Virus record (IMG/VR): IMGVR_UViG_3300009147_000001
Coordinates: 32,001-96,000 of that record
Strand: one strand, 5' to 3'
Source of the DNA: a virus
DNA: 64,000 nt
Below the pieces are notes generated by a model, which did not search any database, was not told the DNA's origin, and saw only the letters and a program-made list of their open reading frames with translations. Made by a program: the position numbers and the translations under genes. Positions 20,328 through 30,875 of this stretch are shown here, one piece after another; within the stretch, counting starts at the first letter, position 1, and the number at the start of each line of letters is the position of its first letter.

Positions 20328-20680
20328 GGTCGGGTAACCTCCAAACTTAATGTGGCAAAGCCTTCGGCAAGTCTAACTACCTCGGCAGGGTTTGACGTGA
20401 AAACCTCTAGATCGTATACCCCCGTCTTCCACGTATACGCAGCGGTGATATCCGCGCCAACAGTCACCGTTACTATCCCGCCCGGAGCATTGATAGAAAC
20501 TCTGCCATTGCTGGTGGAAGCATCCACTAAGATATTCGTGTCGTCTATATTGCTCCGCACCTGCATGCGGCCAGAGTATCCAGTTAAGTCAAATACCGTC
20601 TTATCTTGATGTAATGCTTGTACAGCAAATACAAACTTAGCACCTTGTTCAATGACGATGTCTCGGTGTACTGCGGGCAT
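20324..20680 (-). CDS. BppU-like baseplate or minor tail protein
   Basis: IEQGA...DLTGYSGRMQVR...GVYDLE...RLAEG pattern. Confidence 0.7.
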   Translation of the reverse strand: MPAVHRDIVIEQGAKFVFAVQALHQDKTVFDLTGYSGRMQVRSNIDDTNILVDASTSNGRVSINAPGGIVTVTVGADITAAYTWKTGVYDLEVFTSNPAEVVRLAEGFATLSLEVTRP

Positions 20681-20734
20681 ATGATATCACCTCCTCGCCA
20701 CAATAATGAGTATACGAATGCGATCCTACTTATT

Positions 20735-21532
20735 CTACAAAAGATCCAATCCGGTCATTCCAACGACCATAGCTCGGGCTGATCCAGCCCCACTTGCACG
20801 CCGATGCTGAATGGCTAACCACACGGACTTACCATTTTGTCCATCCCCATCGGTACACAACATACGATCAACAAAAATATCGTTGAATTGCTGGGTATTT
20901 GCCGGGGTTGTTATAGGATTGACAATAACATTGTTGTTGTTTAATAAATCTAATACTCGTAACTCACCAGTCGTGGTAGCGTCGTTATTGGACAACACGG
21001 TAACCCTTAAGGCTGGGTGATACATATACCAGTATGTTTGCGCTAAGTCAGTAAAACTAGAACTCGTAGTTGTTATTATTTCTGCAACATTCCACCAGGT
21101 GTAAGAGAGTTTGGGGTCACCGAAGCCATGCCGCTGATTAAAACAATCTGAAATGAGCGTATTTCCCGCTTTGTCATAGATGGCAAATGATGGGAAGGTA
21201 CCAGTTTGCAATCCACCTACCCCATCGTCAATACCTCGAACAGTAATGGTATATGGATTGAATGACCCAACACCAACCGTTGGATCCTTCTTTATATATA
21301 GTCCAACTCCTTGACCAAATACCGTATTAACGTTACCATCTAGGAGTATCTCACCACCATCGACGGTGGCATCTGGACCATTACGAATAACAATACTACC
21401 GCCTTCCACGACAAATCCATCGCTGTCAATCGAGGTCGACGGTAACTGCGGAGTACGCTCTAATCGAGATAATCTATTTTCCAAATCCCTAATTACAGTT
21501 AATAAATCATCGTCTTGTCTATACTTAGACAT
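20735..21532 (-). CDS. minor tail protein
   Basis: N-terminal coiled coil DLENRLSRLER; follows the Gp37-like gene. Confidence 0.7.
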   Translation of the reverse strand: MSKYRQDDDLLTVIRDLENRLSRLERTPQLPSTSIDSDGFVVEGGSIVIRNGPDATVDGGEILLDGNVNTVFGQGVGLYIKKDPTVGVGSFNPYTITVRGIDDGVGGLQTGTFPSFAIYDKAGNTLISDCFNQRHGFGDPKLSYTWWNVAEIITTTSSSFTDLAQTYWYMYHPALRVTVLSNNDATTTGELRVLDLLNNNNVIVNPITTPANTQQFNDIFVDRMLCTDGDGQNGKSVWLAIQHRRASGAGSARAMVVGMTGLDLL

Positions 21533-22613
21533 TCTCGTCTCCTTCTAGTATAATCTCATATTCATCCGTATTGGATGATTCGCCTGGACGCAGAGTCCAT
21601 GCTACTATTCGCGCTGACTGTTGTAAAGTATGTGGAAAACGGGGATCGCGAATAATCAATTTACAATAATCACCGAGACCAAAACTACCAAATTCTGGTT
21701 GTGCATAAGCAATCAGCGACGGTTTAAGCGTTAACATGGGGGGCCGACGCTTCAGTCCTTCTTGAACACCAATGGTGTTCAATAGTGCTTGACTTGTTAT
21801 ATCTTTACGAGACACGTCAATATCCCAACGAGGCCACCCACTAGCTAACATGTCGTCATTAGCTTGCTCATACTCGATCATTGCGGCACCCTCACCAGCG
21901 CCTAACACAAAGGTATTGGTGGCTGCCCCAACCATACTTTCTGTGGCATAGTAATTGACGATACTACCAGGATATTCGAAGTTTATCGAAGTGTTACTCG
22001 TTGGTGCTCCCAGCGTGGGATAGCCAATAGCCAAATTTTTCATATAGTTTCCACCACTTTTGGTAACACCAATATACCAGTCGAATCCATCGGATGAGTC
22101 TGCTAAACTTGACATTACTTCGCCATAGTATTTTCTATCTTCTCGATTAATCACAACAGTTTTGGTAAATGCCACCGGGAAAACTGGCGGCACATTAATA
22201 TTGATGTTTCGTCCGTTCACACTCTGCATTGCCATCCAAAGGTCACGAAAGATGTTTCTTTGATCACCAGTTGTGTTAAGACTACTCAAAACTAATTGTC
22301 GATTAGGATAATTTTCAAAACTTTGTGCATATATTTGTACTACCTTCGCTTGACTTTGATACGTCCGCGACCACACATAACCAATCCAAATAGCAGTATT
22401 GTTGCGCTCAACCGCAACAAAGGTTCGACCAGGAACCGTAGCAGCAATAAGATCTTCGTTGCGTTTACCTGTCATGTCCAATTGAAAAGTACCATTAAAT
22501 TGCCCTCCAGTATTTAGTGCTAAGTCCATATAGACGCCATACATCGGAACCTCTTCAATAACTCGTTCGTCACGAAGAGACCCAAAAACGTAGCGATATT
22601 GCGATGACGCCAT
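21525..22613 (-). CDS. minor tail protein (Gp37/Tal-like hub)
   Basis: VERN...WIGYVW, FEYPGSI and FGLGD motifs typical of actinophage minor tail proteins. Confidence 0.75.
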   Translation of the reverse strand: MASSQYRYVFGSLRDERVIEEVPMYGVYMDLALNTGGQFNGTFQLDMTGKRNEDLIAATVPGRTFVAVERNNTAIWIGYVWSRTYQSQAKVVQIYAQSFENYPNRQLVLSSLNTTGDQRNIFRDLWMAMQSVNGRNININVPPVFPVAFTKTVVINREDRKYYGEVMSSLADSSDGFDWYIGVTKSGGNYMKNLAIGYPTLGAPTSNTSINFEYPGSIVNYYATESMVGAATNTFVLGAGEGAAMIEYEQANDDMLASGWPRWDIDVSRKDITSQALLNTIGVQEGLKRRPPMLTLKPSLIAYAQPEFGSFGLGDYCKLIIRDPRFPHTLQQSARIVAWTLRPGESSNTDEYEIILEGDENV

Positions 22614-23452
22614 TAATCTGCTATCTGATCAAGTTCTGCGTCCACTGCATCTTTTACTTGCTGAACACCTTCATCAGAAAGCTTCACTTCAGTAGCCACA
22701 CTAACACCACTAGTAAGCACATCTCGTAGTTCAGCTATCGACTTTTGCATATCTTTGACTGCTTGAGCTAGTAGGTTTGGCTCTTTACGATCAACTGATT
22801 CACCAGGAACCCGAAAGACAATTGGGTCTTCCATGTTCTCTAGTCCTTGCACCCGCTCAATGAGTGCTTTGCCATCTGGATCGTCCTTTAACGCCACGTC
22901 GTCCTCCTGAAATAGTTTAAGAACGTAATCGAAGGGGAAATTCGGACCAGGATCGGTATGAGTAGTCCCACCAAAACAGATCCGCAATTGATTGTGAGTA
23001 GTCATACCTGGAGTAAAAGACTTAACTTGAGCATCAGTCAACCAGCGAAGCGGAATATTGTAAGATTTCATATCTCGTAAACAAATTCGCTTCATCTGAT
23101 TGAACATATTGATGCCAAAGGTATCTAACCACTGGCTGCGAACTTGACCAGCAAATCCCGACAGTTCCCAGTTTATTCCACGATAGTTTCCTGGCCGGTT
23201 ACCCACTGTCCATGCTGAATCTTTAAGTCGAACGCATTGTACCACACTATTATCGTCCACACAATAGTGACTACTCACCCGCCGACCGTCCCCCGGATTA
23301 GCAAAGTAGGCAGCAGTTGCCTCCGCTCGACTGGAAGTCTCAGACGCTTCCATGTCGTGAAACACAATCCAAATAGGTGGACCGTCTGGTCGACCAGACG
23401 TATAGCCGGCGGCTTGAATAAACTGTACGTCAGGATGATCACCCATAGCCAT
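22613..23452 (-). CDS. endolysin, N-acetylmuramoyl-L-alanine amidase (Amidase_2)
   Basis: IVFHDME, SSHYCVD, GINWE, TTH and HTDPGPNFP zinc-amidase motifs. Confidence 0.88.
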   Translation of the reverse strand: MAMGDHPDVQFIQAAGYTSGRPDGPPIWIVFHDMEASETSSRAEATAAYFANPGDGRRVSSHYCVDDNSVVQCVRLKDSAWTVGNRPGNYRGINWELSGFAGQVRSQWLDTFGINMFNQMKRICLRDMKSYNIPLRWLTDAQVKSFTPGMTTHNQLRICFGGTTHTDPGPNFPFDYVLKLFQEDDVALKDDPDGKALIERVQGLENMEDPIVFRVPGESVDRKEPNLLAQAVKDMQKSIAELRDVLTSGVSVATEVKLSDEGVQQVKDAVDAELDQIAD

Positions 23453-23455
23453 TTG

Positions 23456-24556
23456 TTATCTCCCAATCCATGTCAACATCAATTTTGGATTCTGCGCATC
23501 GCTACCCGCATCAATATTCAAGTTACCCCCAGATCCCTGGAAGACCGTAATCTGGACGGTATCAGTGGCAGCCAACAATACCATTGCCGTAGCATGCAAG
23601 TCAGTGGGCTGGGTACCGGCTGCGGTGGTGGGATCACGTCGATCTTCTGTTACCACGGCACCGTTGACCAAAATTGACATTACTCGAACACCAGTGGTGT
23701 TATTGGCAAATTTAACAAATGAATCGATGTGCCATACACCATCATAATTAGTGGGACAGGTAAAGGTATCAGATGTAGCGGAGAACAAACCAGAACGGTC
23801 AGAGACTTCCGATGTCCAACTGACGGCTGTTGTAGTACCTGTGGTAATACTTTGGGTTGTCGTACGACGAACATAGACATATGGCTGAGTACCCCAAGCC
23901 AAAGCACGCCAGTTAGTACCGTCATAGCCGACTAGTCGGCCACCACCGACATCCGTTTCCCAAATCGCTGTCCCACTCAATACAATGGACGGTCTGGTAG
24001 TGGAGGTACAAATCTCTACCCCACCTAATGCTGTTAACCACACCCGCTTGTCGGTAATATTAGCATTGACAATAGACGTAACTGCCGCTGCTACGGCAAT
24101 GTGCGCCAACGTAATAGAGTTAGCCGGTGCGGTCGGTGGAGAAGGCGAACCTGCTGGCGTCCCGGCAACTACCTCAAGCAGACTATCATTATTAGCCCCA
24201 GAATAGGCAGTGTCACGAACTCGAAAAACGACAATATCAATTCTGGCTAATGTCGCATGAGCCGCAGTAACGGTCAGCGTGACATCCGCATCGTTGCCGA
24301 CGAAGTACGTACCCTGCTTGGTACCCTCTGTTCCTGGTATGGCAGCATAGCCAGCTCGAACAATAACCGCCATTGATGGTGAGCCAGTTTGGGTAACCTG
24401 AAGTTTATTACTAAGATAGGGATTTACTCCACCACGAGCAATATGAGCACTCGCCGACTGACCATTGAGCATAAGGTTCAACCAGTCACGCGTCTGCTCG
24501 GCTGTATGGGTAGCCCCCGCATTCTGAAGGAATCCCGGAGGATTGAGAACGGTCAC
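23456..24556 (-). CDS. minor tail protein
   Basis: ARIDIV...GTPAGSPSPPT...ITDKR module; GGAGG RBS before GTG at 24556. Confidence 0.75.
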   Translation of the reverse strand: MTVLNPPGFLQNAGATHTAEQTRDWLNLMLNGQSASAHIARGGVNPYLSNKLQVTQTGSPSMAVIVRAGYAAIPGTEGTKQGTYFVGNDADVTLTVTAAHATLARIDIVVFRVRDTAYSGANNDSLLEVVAGTPAGSPSPPTAPANSITLAHIAVAAAVTSIVNANITDKRVWLTALGGVEICTSTTRPSIVLSGTAIWETDVGGGRLVGYDGTNWRALAWGTQPYVYVRRTTTQSITTGTTTAVSWTSEVSDRSGLFSATSDTFTCPTNYDGVWHIDSFVKFANNTTGVRVMSILVNGAVVTEDRRDPTTAAGTQPTDLHATAMVLLAATDTVQITVFQGSGGNLNIDAGSDAQNPKLMLTWIGR

Positions 24557-24558
24557 TA

Positions 24559-25419
24559 CTACCTCCACGCATCCCGGAATGCATAGTCCAAGGTACTACT
24601 AGTTCCAGTAGCTGCACCGAAACCAATAAAATTATTCCCAGGTACTAAAAAGAACCAATCTGGATCGATTAAACTAGAGCGAACGTTACTAACACCATCA
24701 AGAAGTACCGTACGATTCCCCGTGTCCACCACCAACTCTTGACCAGTAGTCAGAGTAATATTCTTAAATGACAAGATGGAATCAGTAGTTTCGTTGGTAA
24801 TAACAGGATCAGTAATTGGGCCATTGATGGTAAATACTACTGGAGTAGGCCGGTTACCCCCCACAGACAGGGTGGCCGAGGCTGGTACCTGGCCACCACC
24901 AAAATCCAAGTTAAATCCTAGATTAAAGCCAATACCATTAATAGTAATACTACCAAATGGGAGCGTACCAGTAACCAAGTCGGAAGAATATATTCGTGGG
25001 TCCTCGGCAAACATTAAGAATTGAATGGCGGTCATCCCCGTGCGACGCAGTCGTTCCCAGTCATACCGAACCCCTCGTGGTTTGACGAACAGAATGCGCT
25101 CCGCTACCCCAGGACCTTTAAAGTAGAAGGCTTGTGCACTAGTAGCCGGAGCAAAGTTATACTTCAGGGTGTCCATAAAACTTTCTACTGTGGTCGTATC
25201 ACAGTAGGCAATACCCTCTAGAATAATCTCACGACCCTTTTCAAACTCTGCATCAAAAAATCCGCCATCGGCACCCTCGTGATCGCGAATAGTTTCCCGA
25301 AACGGCGCAGAGTCGAGCCCAGAGACGCGATCTATATCAATGAACGGGACAGAGATAGTATCGGCATTCAGGACGACCCCGGTACTGGTTAACTGGAAAG
25401 TATAATTCGCTAGTGTCAT
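24559..25419 (-). CDS. distal tail protein (Dit)
   Basis: Follows tape measure gene; FAEDP, GNRPTP...GPITDP and LVPGNN motifs. Confidence 0.8.
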   Translation of the reverse strand: MTLANYTFQLTSTGVVLNADTISVPFIDIDRVSGLDSAPFRETIRDHEGADGGFFDAEFEKGREIILEGIAYCDTTTVESFMDTLKYNFAPATSAQAFYFKGPGVAERILFVKPRGVRYDWERLRRTGMTAIQFLMFAEDPRIYSSDLVTGTLPFGSITINGIGFNLGFNLDFGGGQVPASATLSVGGNRPTPVVFTINGPITDPVITNETTDSILSFKNITLTTGQELVVDTGNRTVLLDGVSNVRSSLIDPDWFFLVPGNNFIGFGAATGTSSTLDYAFRDAWR

Positions 25420-28400
25420 TATGGCCTCGCTCCTAACAAGAAGCCAAGCTCAGCTGCATGACGCCGTGGATTTATTTCTTGAGTATAAATAGTAAAATTC
25501 TGGTTAGTCCCACCAGCTTGGCTTCCACCCATGAGCCCAGGCAGGGCAGTAGCCGGACCGGTCCCCATCATCGAAGCCACTCGACTGGAAGCCTTAATCA
25601 AAGTACCTAATTGACTCGTCATACCTTGCGCAATCAACTTAACAATTGACTGACCTGAGTAGTACGGATTGCCTCGACCAGACAACGGTCCAGTTTTAGC
25701 TGGTGAGAACGGCAAGTGGTCGCGAATCTTTTTTGTGATACTATCAATTTTGTTAGTAACTTTATCCACCATCGATGTCATACCGTCAATAAGTCCCCTA
25801 ATGATCCGTGCACCGGCATCAAAGAGCCACGTACCTGCATTAGCAAAGAAACCGACAATTTTTTCAAAGATTCCAGCGATTTTATCATAAATTCGTTGTA
25901 TCCAAGTGCTAATAGTGGTATAGACGGTACTCCACACTGAACTGACTGCCGAACTCACAGATCTCCAGATACCAGCAAGAAAGTCTCGAATACCTGAGCT
26001 AGTCCCCTTAACCCGTCCACCAATTTTGCCCCAAATGAAGTCCATAAAGGCCGAGATGCCGGTCCAGATGGCTTTGAATGATCCCGAGATAGCCGACCAG
26101 ATAGTCTTAAAGAAGCTAGCAATGGCAGTCCATACCGCAACAGCGACTAGCTTTACCGCTTGCCACGTTGCACTCCAGGCATCATAGAGAATCTTCAAGC
26201 TAACGAGGACGAGTGCCAAAATGATAGTAAAGGCAAGCCGAATGATGGCTACAATGAGACCCCAAACAGACTTAATCAAACCACCAAAGACACTCCAGAA
26301 CGTCTCCCATATGCCCCGGAGGAAACCTAAAGCACCTAAAATGATACCAGTTATAATAGCCCAAGCCTGACTGAGAAAGTCAATAATATTCTGCCATACC
26401 CCAATAAAGAATTCGGCAACAGAGTTCCAGATACTAACGAAGAAATCAGCCACTGCGTGCAATGCTTTTGGTATTTCCGTCTTAAACCAATTTATTAGCT
26501 TTCGAATCCACCCAATAACGGTATTAATAACTATTATCATTGCGGTAAAGGCTGCACCAACAGCAAGAATGGCTAATACTAGTGGTCCAACCATGACCAC
26601 CACGAGGACACCAGTAATAACCGCCGCAATAATAGCAAACCACTTAGCTAACTGGATAATAATTGGCATAAACGCCCTAATGTTATCCTGATTACTTTTT
26701 ATCCAATTATTGAATAGTCGCCAGGCAGGAATAATAACATTATTCAACACACTACCAATAAGAGCGAATCCCTTGCCGATCAAATCAGCAATAATTCGCG
26801 CAGTTTCCTTTACTTTAGGCAAAACCTGGGTGAACATAAATTTCACCCAATCAGCAAAGGCTGGAATCACTTCATCCTTAATAAGCTTCCATAGCTTACT
26901 GAGGGATGGAACTAAATTCTTCTCAAACTCACTGACTATATCCTGAACGAATGGGACAATAACATCTTTCCATAGCGTAACTATCGCGTCTTTAACTGAA
27001 ATGAGCATGTCACGGAATTTGGCACTGCGTTGCCACGCGATGATTATGCCCGCACCCAGCCCAGCAAAGGCAGCAATAACCCCAGCGAGCACGCCACCAA
27101 CAATGAGTAACGACGTTCCAGCCGTCGCCACCACTGCAATAAATGCCGCTAGTCCACCCACCAGCAGTAGCACCACTCCGAGCAATGCGGTAAAACCGGC
27201 CGCGATCGCTGCCCCCACAGCCAAGAGCTTTTGCTGCTGTGGTGATAGTTTATTGAACCACTCTAGAACCTGGCCGACGGCGTTTACTACCTTTATGAAG
27301 GTTGGAATGAGTGCCTCACCGGCCATTTCCTTAACTGCTTTCCACCGATTGGACAGCAGTTGACTGGAAGATGCAGCGGTATTGGCCATCTTTTTATAAG
27401 CTGCTTCGAACTGACCACTAGCCCCGGCCATGTCGGTAAGGAATCCCTTGAACTCCTCCAACTCACCTGGTTTCAGCAGAACCTGTTCAATGAACCGTCT
27501 AGCTTGAATAGTTCCACCGGCACCCTTTAGTATTTCTACTAATGTCTTAACCCGATCGGCTGGTGGCATCTGGTTGAGCTTAACACGCAACTCACTTAAA
27601 ACATCAACAAGCGGTCGGAAGTTTCCCTTGATATCTCTAACCTGAACACCAAGCTCCCCCAACCGTTCTACAGTCTTGGGATTGGACATCGCATCCAAGG
27701 CCCGCGCCCCTGATGCTGCCGCCATCGCCGCAGTCAAACCATTACGGGTAAGGAAAGCCAACATGCCCGCAACAGTTTCAAAGCTTTGGCCGGCTCGGTT
27801 GGCCGATGGAGTAATTCGACCAAAGACTCGGGCGAACTCCTCATAGGTACCGACACCCTTACGAACCAACTGGAATTGTATATCTAATACTTTATTAACA
27901 TCCTTTAATGGTATATTAAGCGCGTTCATAATGGCAATGGTGCCGCGCCCAGCCGCTTCAATAGTAGTTTGGCCAGCTACCGCAGCCTTGGCAAATCCAA
28001 TAAGAAGTAACTCAGATTCCGCAAGGTTCGCCTTAGTGGACGAAAAAATATCAAATAGCGCTGGTTGAATTTGCTCGAATGGCACGGCGATGTTACGTGC
28101 CACTTTTAGTCCAATTTGACTCAGCTCCTCCAGAGTTGCCTTAAAACCATCCACCTGGGTACTCGTGAGGGCAACTTGACGTTGATATTCTACTGCTGTC
28201 TTCACCATATTATTCATGGCAGCGACAGTAATAACACCAACGCCCGTGAAGACAAAGCCCATAGATGTGGCAACTTGGCTGACCGTAGTCATCGAGTGGG
28301 ATAAATATTGTAATCGTCGAGCGTGCAGATCGGCCGCATTGGCATTGAGTTGCAACTGCTGAGCCGCACGTTCCAGCGCTACCTGTTGACCTCGTAGACT

Positions 28401-28685
28401 ATTAATATGGTCTCGGTTAGCCAGCATTTCTAGCCGCATGGCGCGAATGGAATCTTCCGAGGCGCCGAGCAGTCGGGCGCGCTGAATAGAAGTACCCATC
28501 ATGGACTGATTGAGTCGTGCCTCAGCCAATGCCGAAGCAACGCTTGCCCGCGCCGCCTGATTATGCGCCATCGCCACTGCGTCACCTGCACCCCGAACAT
28601 TGCGTGTGAATGATCGAAGCGCGCGATTAGCTTCATCACGCGCTTTTAAGACCAGCCACATGTCTCGGGTGGCACTGAATGGCAC
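25419..28685 (-). CDS. tape measure protein
   Basis: 1088 aa, helical Ala-rich with W/F periodic repeats; LPFSPAKTGPLSG near C-terminus. Confidence 0.93.
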   Translation of the reverse strand: MPFSATRDMWLVLKARDEANRALRSFTRNVRGAGDAVAMAHNQAARASVASALAEARLNQSMMGTSIQRARLLGASEDSIRAMRLEMLANRDHINSLRGQQVALERAAQQLQLNANAADLHARRLQYLSHSMTTVSQVATSMGFVFTGVGVITVAAMNNMVKTAVEYQRQVALTSTQVDGFKATLEELSQIGLKVARNIAVPFEQIQPALFDIFSSTKANLAESELLLIGFAKAAVAGQTTIEAAGRGTIAIMNALNIPLKDVNKVLDIQFQLVRKGVGTYEEFARVFGRITPSANRAGQSFETVAGMLAFLTRNGLTAAMAAASGARALDAMSNPKTVERLGELGVQVRDIKGNFRPLVDVLSELRVKLNQMPPADRVKTLVEILKGAGGTIQARRFIEQVLLKPGELEEFKGFLTDMAGASGQFEAAYKKMANTAASSSQLLSNRWKAVKEMAGEALIPTFIKVVNAVGQVLEWFNKLSPQQQKLLAVGAAIAAGFTALLGVVLLLVGGLAAFIAVVATAGTSLLIVGGVLAGVIAAFAGLGAGIIIAWQRSAKFRDMLISVKDAIVTLWKDVIVPFVQDIVSEFEKNLVPSLSKLWKLIKDEVIPAFADWVKFMFTQVLPKVKETARIIADLIGKGFALIGSVLNNVIIPAWRLFNNWIKSNQDNIRAFMPIIIQLAKWFAIIAAVITGVLVVVMVGPLVLAILAVGAAFTAMIIVINTVIGWIRKLINWFKTEIPKALHAVADFFVSIWNSVAEFFIGVWQNIIDFLSQAWAIITGIILGALGFLRGIWETFWSVFGGLIKSVWGLIVAIIRLAFTIILALVLVSLKILYDAWSATWQAVKLVAVAVWTAIASFFKTIWSAISGSFKAIWTGISAFMDFIWGKIGGRVKGTSSGIRDFLAGIWRSVSSAVSSVWSTVYTTISTWIQRIYDKIAGIFEKIVGFFANAGTWLFDAGARIIRGLIDGMTSMVDKVTNKIDSITKKIRDHLPFSPAKTGPLSGRGNPYYSGQSIVKLIAQGMTSQLGTLIKASSRVASMMGTGPATALPGLMGGSQAGGTNQNFTIYTQEINPRRHAAELGFLLGARP

Positions 28686-28694
28686 AATTGCTCC

Positions 28695-28922
28695 TCAGTG
28701 AGTTTTCTTACTATCCAACTCCGCTCGTTGCGTCCGCCATACCAGAATGTAGTTTAGAAAGTAGACAAATAAAGAATCTTGGTCCAATAATCCGCCAGCA
28801 CGTGGTAAAGTATGCAACTCCAAACATATACCGACGATTTCAAAAATTAACTCAGCTTCTCGGGATACTCTTACTCGATTAGGTACGAATATTGCCTTCC
28901 GTACCTCTTCTAAGAGTTTTTT
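28695..28922 (-). CDS. tail assembly chaperone -1 frameshift extension (gpT-like)
   Basis: Slippery heptamer A AAA AAC at 28922-28916; the -1 frame reads LLEEVRKAIF...LPRAGGLLDQD...KKTH and stops just before the tape measure RBS. Confidence 0.85.
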   Translation of the reverse strand, partial: KKLLEEVRKAIFVPNRVRVSREAELIFEIVGICLELHTLPRAGGLLDQDSLFVYFLNYILVWRTQRAELDSKKTH

Positions 28923-29287
28923 ATTTCTGGTTTCTCCTCAAAGTTGTTTACCTCATCGATATAGCGACCAATCTCTTCACCCACTCTGATATCCAGTCGC
29001 CGAACATCAACTTGATTCTTAAAATTGAGTAGTTTACCATTTTCATCAGTCAAATTGTGTTCAACAACACAATTGGCGAAGTCCCAGAGTGTAACCTCTT
29101 CCTGGTTCATTTCTACTTCACCGGAGAAGTCTCGATTGGTAGGATTACCACCAACCAAGAATTTAGTCATCATACCCGTACGCTTTAACGATTCGCCGTA
29201 GGTCATCCGTCGGACCACAACATACGCTTCAGGTAGCGTCTTTAGGTCAAATCGCTCAGTATCACTCGTAATAGTCGCAACAGGCAC
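28910..29287 (-). CDS. tail assembly chaperone (gpG-like)
   Basis: Lies between major tail and tape measure genes; GGAGGG RBS before GTG at 29287, alternative start at 29380. Confidence 0.85.
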   Translation of the reverse strand: MPVATITSDTERFDLKTLPEAYVVVRRMTYGESLKRTGMMTKFLVGGNPTNRDFSGEVEMNQEEVTLWDFANCVVEHNLTDENGKLLNFKNQVDVRRLDIRVGEEIGRYIDEVNNFEEKPEIKNS

Positions 29288-29403
29288 CAGTGCCCTCCAA
29301 TATATTCTGAAGATAATATAGCCAATAAAACTTTTTAAACTCAGTATTATGGAGTATAGTCCATATACTAGGTAGTTCACATATCATCCTCCAGCGACTA
29401 TTT

Positions 29404-30669
29404 CTATAGTATGTCTTCCTGTGTCTTCAATGTAATTTGCCATGACTTACCAGTGCTGTCAATAACGTTCTGATAGGCAATACTAGCCCGAACAATATCG
29501 CCCTGACCAGACAAACCAACCTCAAAGGTATCTTTGATCGCCACTGGAGCAAGAATAACAATATTATTGTTTACACCCTTAGTAGCCGTCAAAGTAACAC
29601 TCTGCGAGGTAACCGACTTAAACAAATCATAATCAGTCCGAGCCTCGAAATCACGTTCCATATTCATTGTCGAATTACGCTCACCAAACTTCATAAACTG
29701 CGCGCCACGACCAGTATCCTTGAGGCGGAACTGTGCCTCTGCGTTGTCTTCTACGGCAAACTCGAAGGTATCAGTATCAAAAACCTGTGTGCCGGTGGGG
29801 ATTTCAATTTTGAACATGCCAGCGCCGAATGGAGTAGTGGTTGGCCACGTTGGCGTGGGTAGCGACTGCACTGCCTCGTCTCGGCCCATCATACTGGTGT
29901 TAAATGTTAAAATTCCATCCGCGATACCAAAAGTGAAGCTTGACGTCACACAGCCAGTATAGCCAAATACCAAACCGTTACGCACAAAAGTCAACGACAG
30001 GGTTCGTACTGGCACGGCTGCCGAGGTAGGAGTAAACGTGTAGGTAAAGTTTGGTGATGTACCGGTTTTAGCAATAGATGTGCGGGAGGCGTAGAGGAAG
30101 TAGGCAATAACGTCTTCCAGTGACTCCATATCTAAGTCGCCTTCGACATGGTAGTTGCCCGCTACTGCCCCGATAACATCGGCATTCTGTCGAATTGGTC
30201 GACGCCAAATGGTGTCTTGCTGAACCACCAATGACTCAGAGTTAAAGGGAAAGAATTTGGTTGGTGCATAATAGGTACCTGAGTTAGCAGCGGTGTTCTG
30301 CGCAGGAAAAGCGCCTGCCGGTGAGCCAGGTGAGGTATCAATATCAGACGTGACTGCACCCACTGTCTTATACAGTAGTTCGGTGCCAGTTGCGCCACCT
30401 GCGGCAGTCTTATACAGTTTATATCCAGTTGCACCAACAACGGCAGCCCAGGTAACAGTCACCGTAGACGTGGAACCGGTAGTAACAATCGTCTGTTCGT
30501 TGCTCGCGGTGGTTTCACCATTAGTATTAATTGCTGTCACCACATACTTGTAAGTGCCTGCGGTAATGGTGCCACCAGTGGCTGCGGTGGCTAATGCTGA
30601 TTGTACTGGCGGAGATAACTGCTCAAAGGCAAGACCACCTATACCACCCGCGCCAATTCCAATAGCCAT
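29404..30669 (-). CDS. major tail (tube) protein with inserted Fn3/Ig-like domain
   Basis: GLAFE...GTYYAPTKFFPF and YTGC motifs; position upstream of the chaperone. Confidence 0.85.
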   Translation of the reverse strand: MAIGIGAGGIGGLAFEQLSPPVQSALATAATGGTITAGTYKYVVTAINTNGETTASNEQTIVTTGSTSTVTVTWAAVVGATGYKLYKTAAGGATGTELLYKTVGAVTSDIDTSPGSPAGAFPAQNTAANSGTYYAPTKFFPFNSESLVVQQDTIWRRPIRQNADVIGAVAGNYHVEGDLDMESLEDVIAYFLYASRTSIAKTGTSPNFTYTFTPTSAAVPVRTLSLTFVRNGLVFGYTGCVTSSFTFGIADGILTFNTSMMGRDEAVQSLPTPTWPTTTPFGAGMFKIEIPTGTQVFDTDTFEFAVEDNAEAQFRLKDTGRGAQFMKFGERNSTMNMERDFEARTDYDLFKSVTSQSVTLTATKGVNNNIVILAPVAIKDTFEVGLSGQGDIVRASIAYQNVIDSTGKSWQITLKTQEDIL

Positions 30670-30672
30670 AGT

Positions 30673-30867
30673 TTACTTTTCACCTCCCTCATCCAACACG
30701 GCAACGATACTTACAAAACGTGGGAATTTTGCCTCAGTGATGGAAACATTGTTCATAGCCTGAAACAACTTCAGATCGTCATCGTCCAGTACGACCGGAG
30801 CGTTCACAGGTAGTAGCCCAATCCCATCAATCAGGCATTCACGATCGGAAACTATTTCGAAATGCAT
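30673..30867 (-). CDS. small head-tail region protein
   Basis: AGGAG RBS; operonic. Confidence 0.6.
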   Translation of the reverse strand: MHFEIVSDRECLIDGIGLLPVNAPVVLDDDDLKLFQAMNNVSITEAKFPRFVSIVAVLDEGGEK

Positions 30868-30875
30868 GAACGCTC

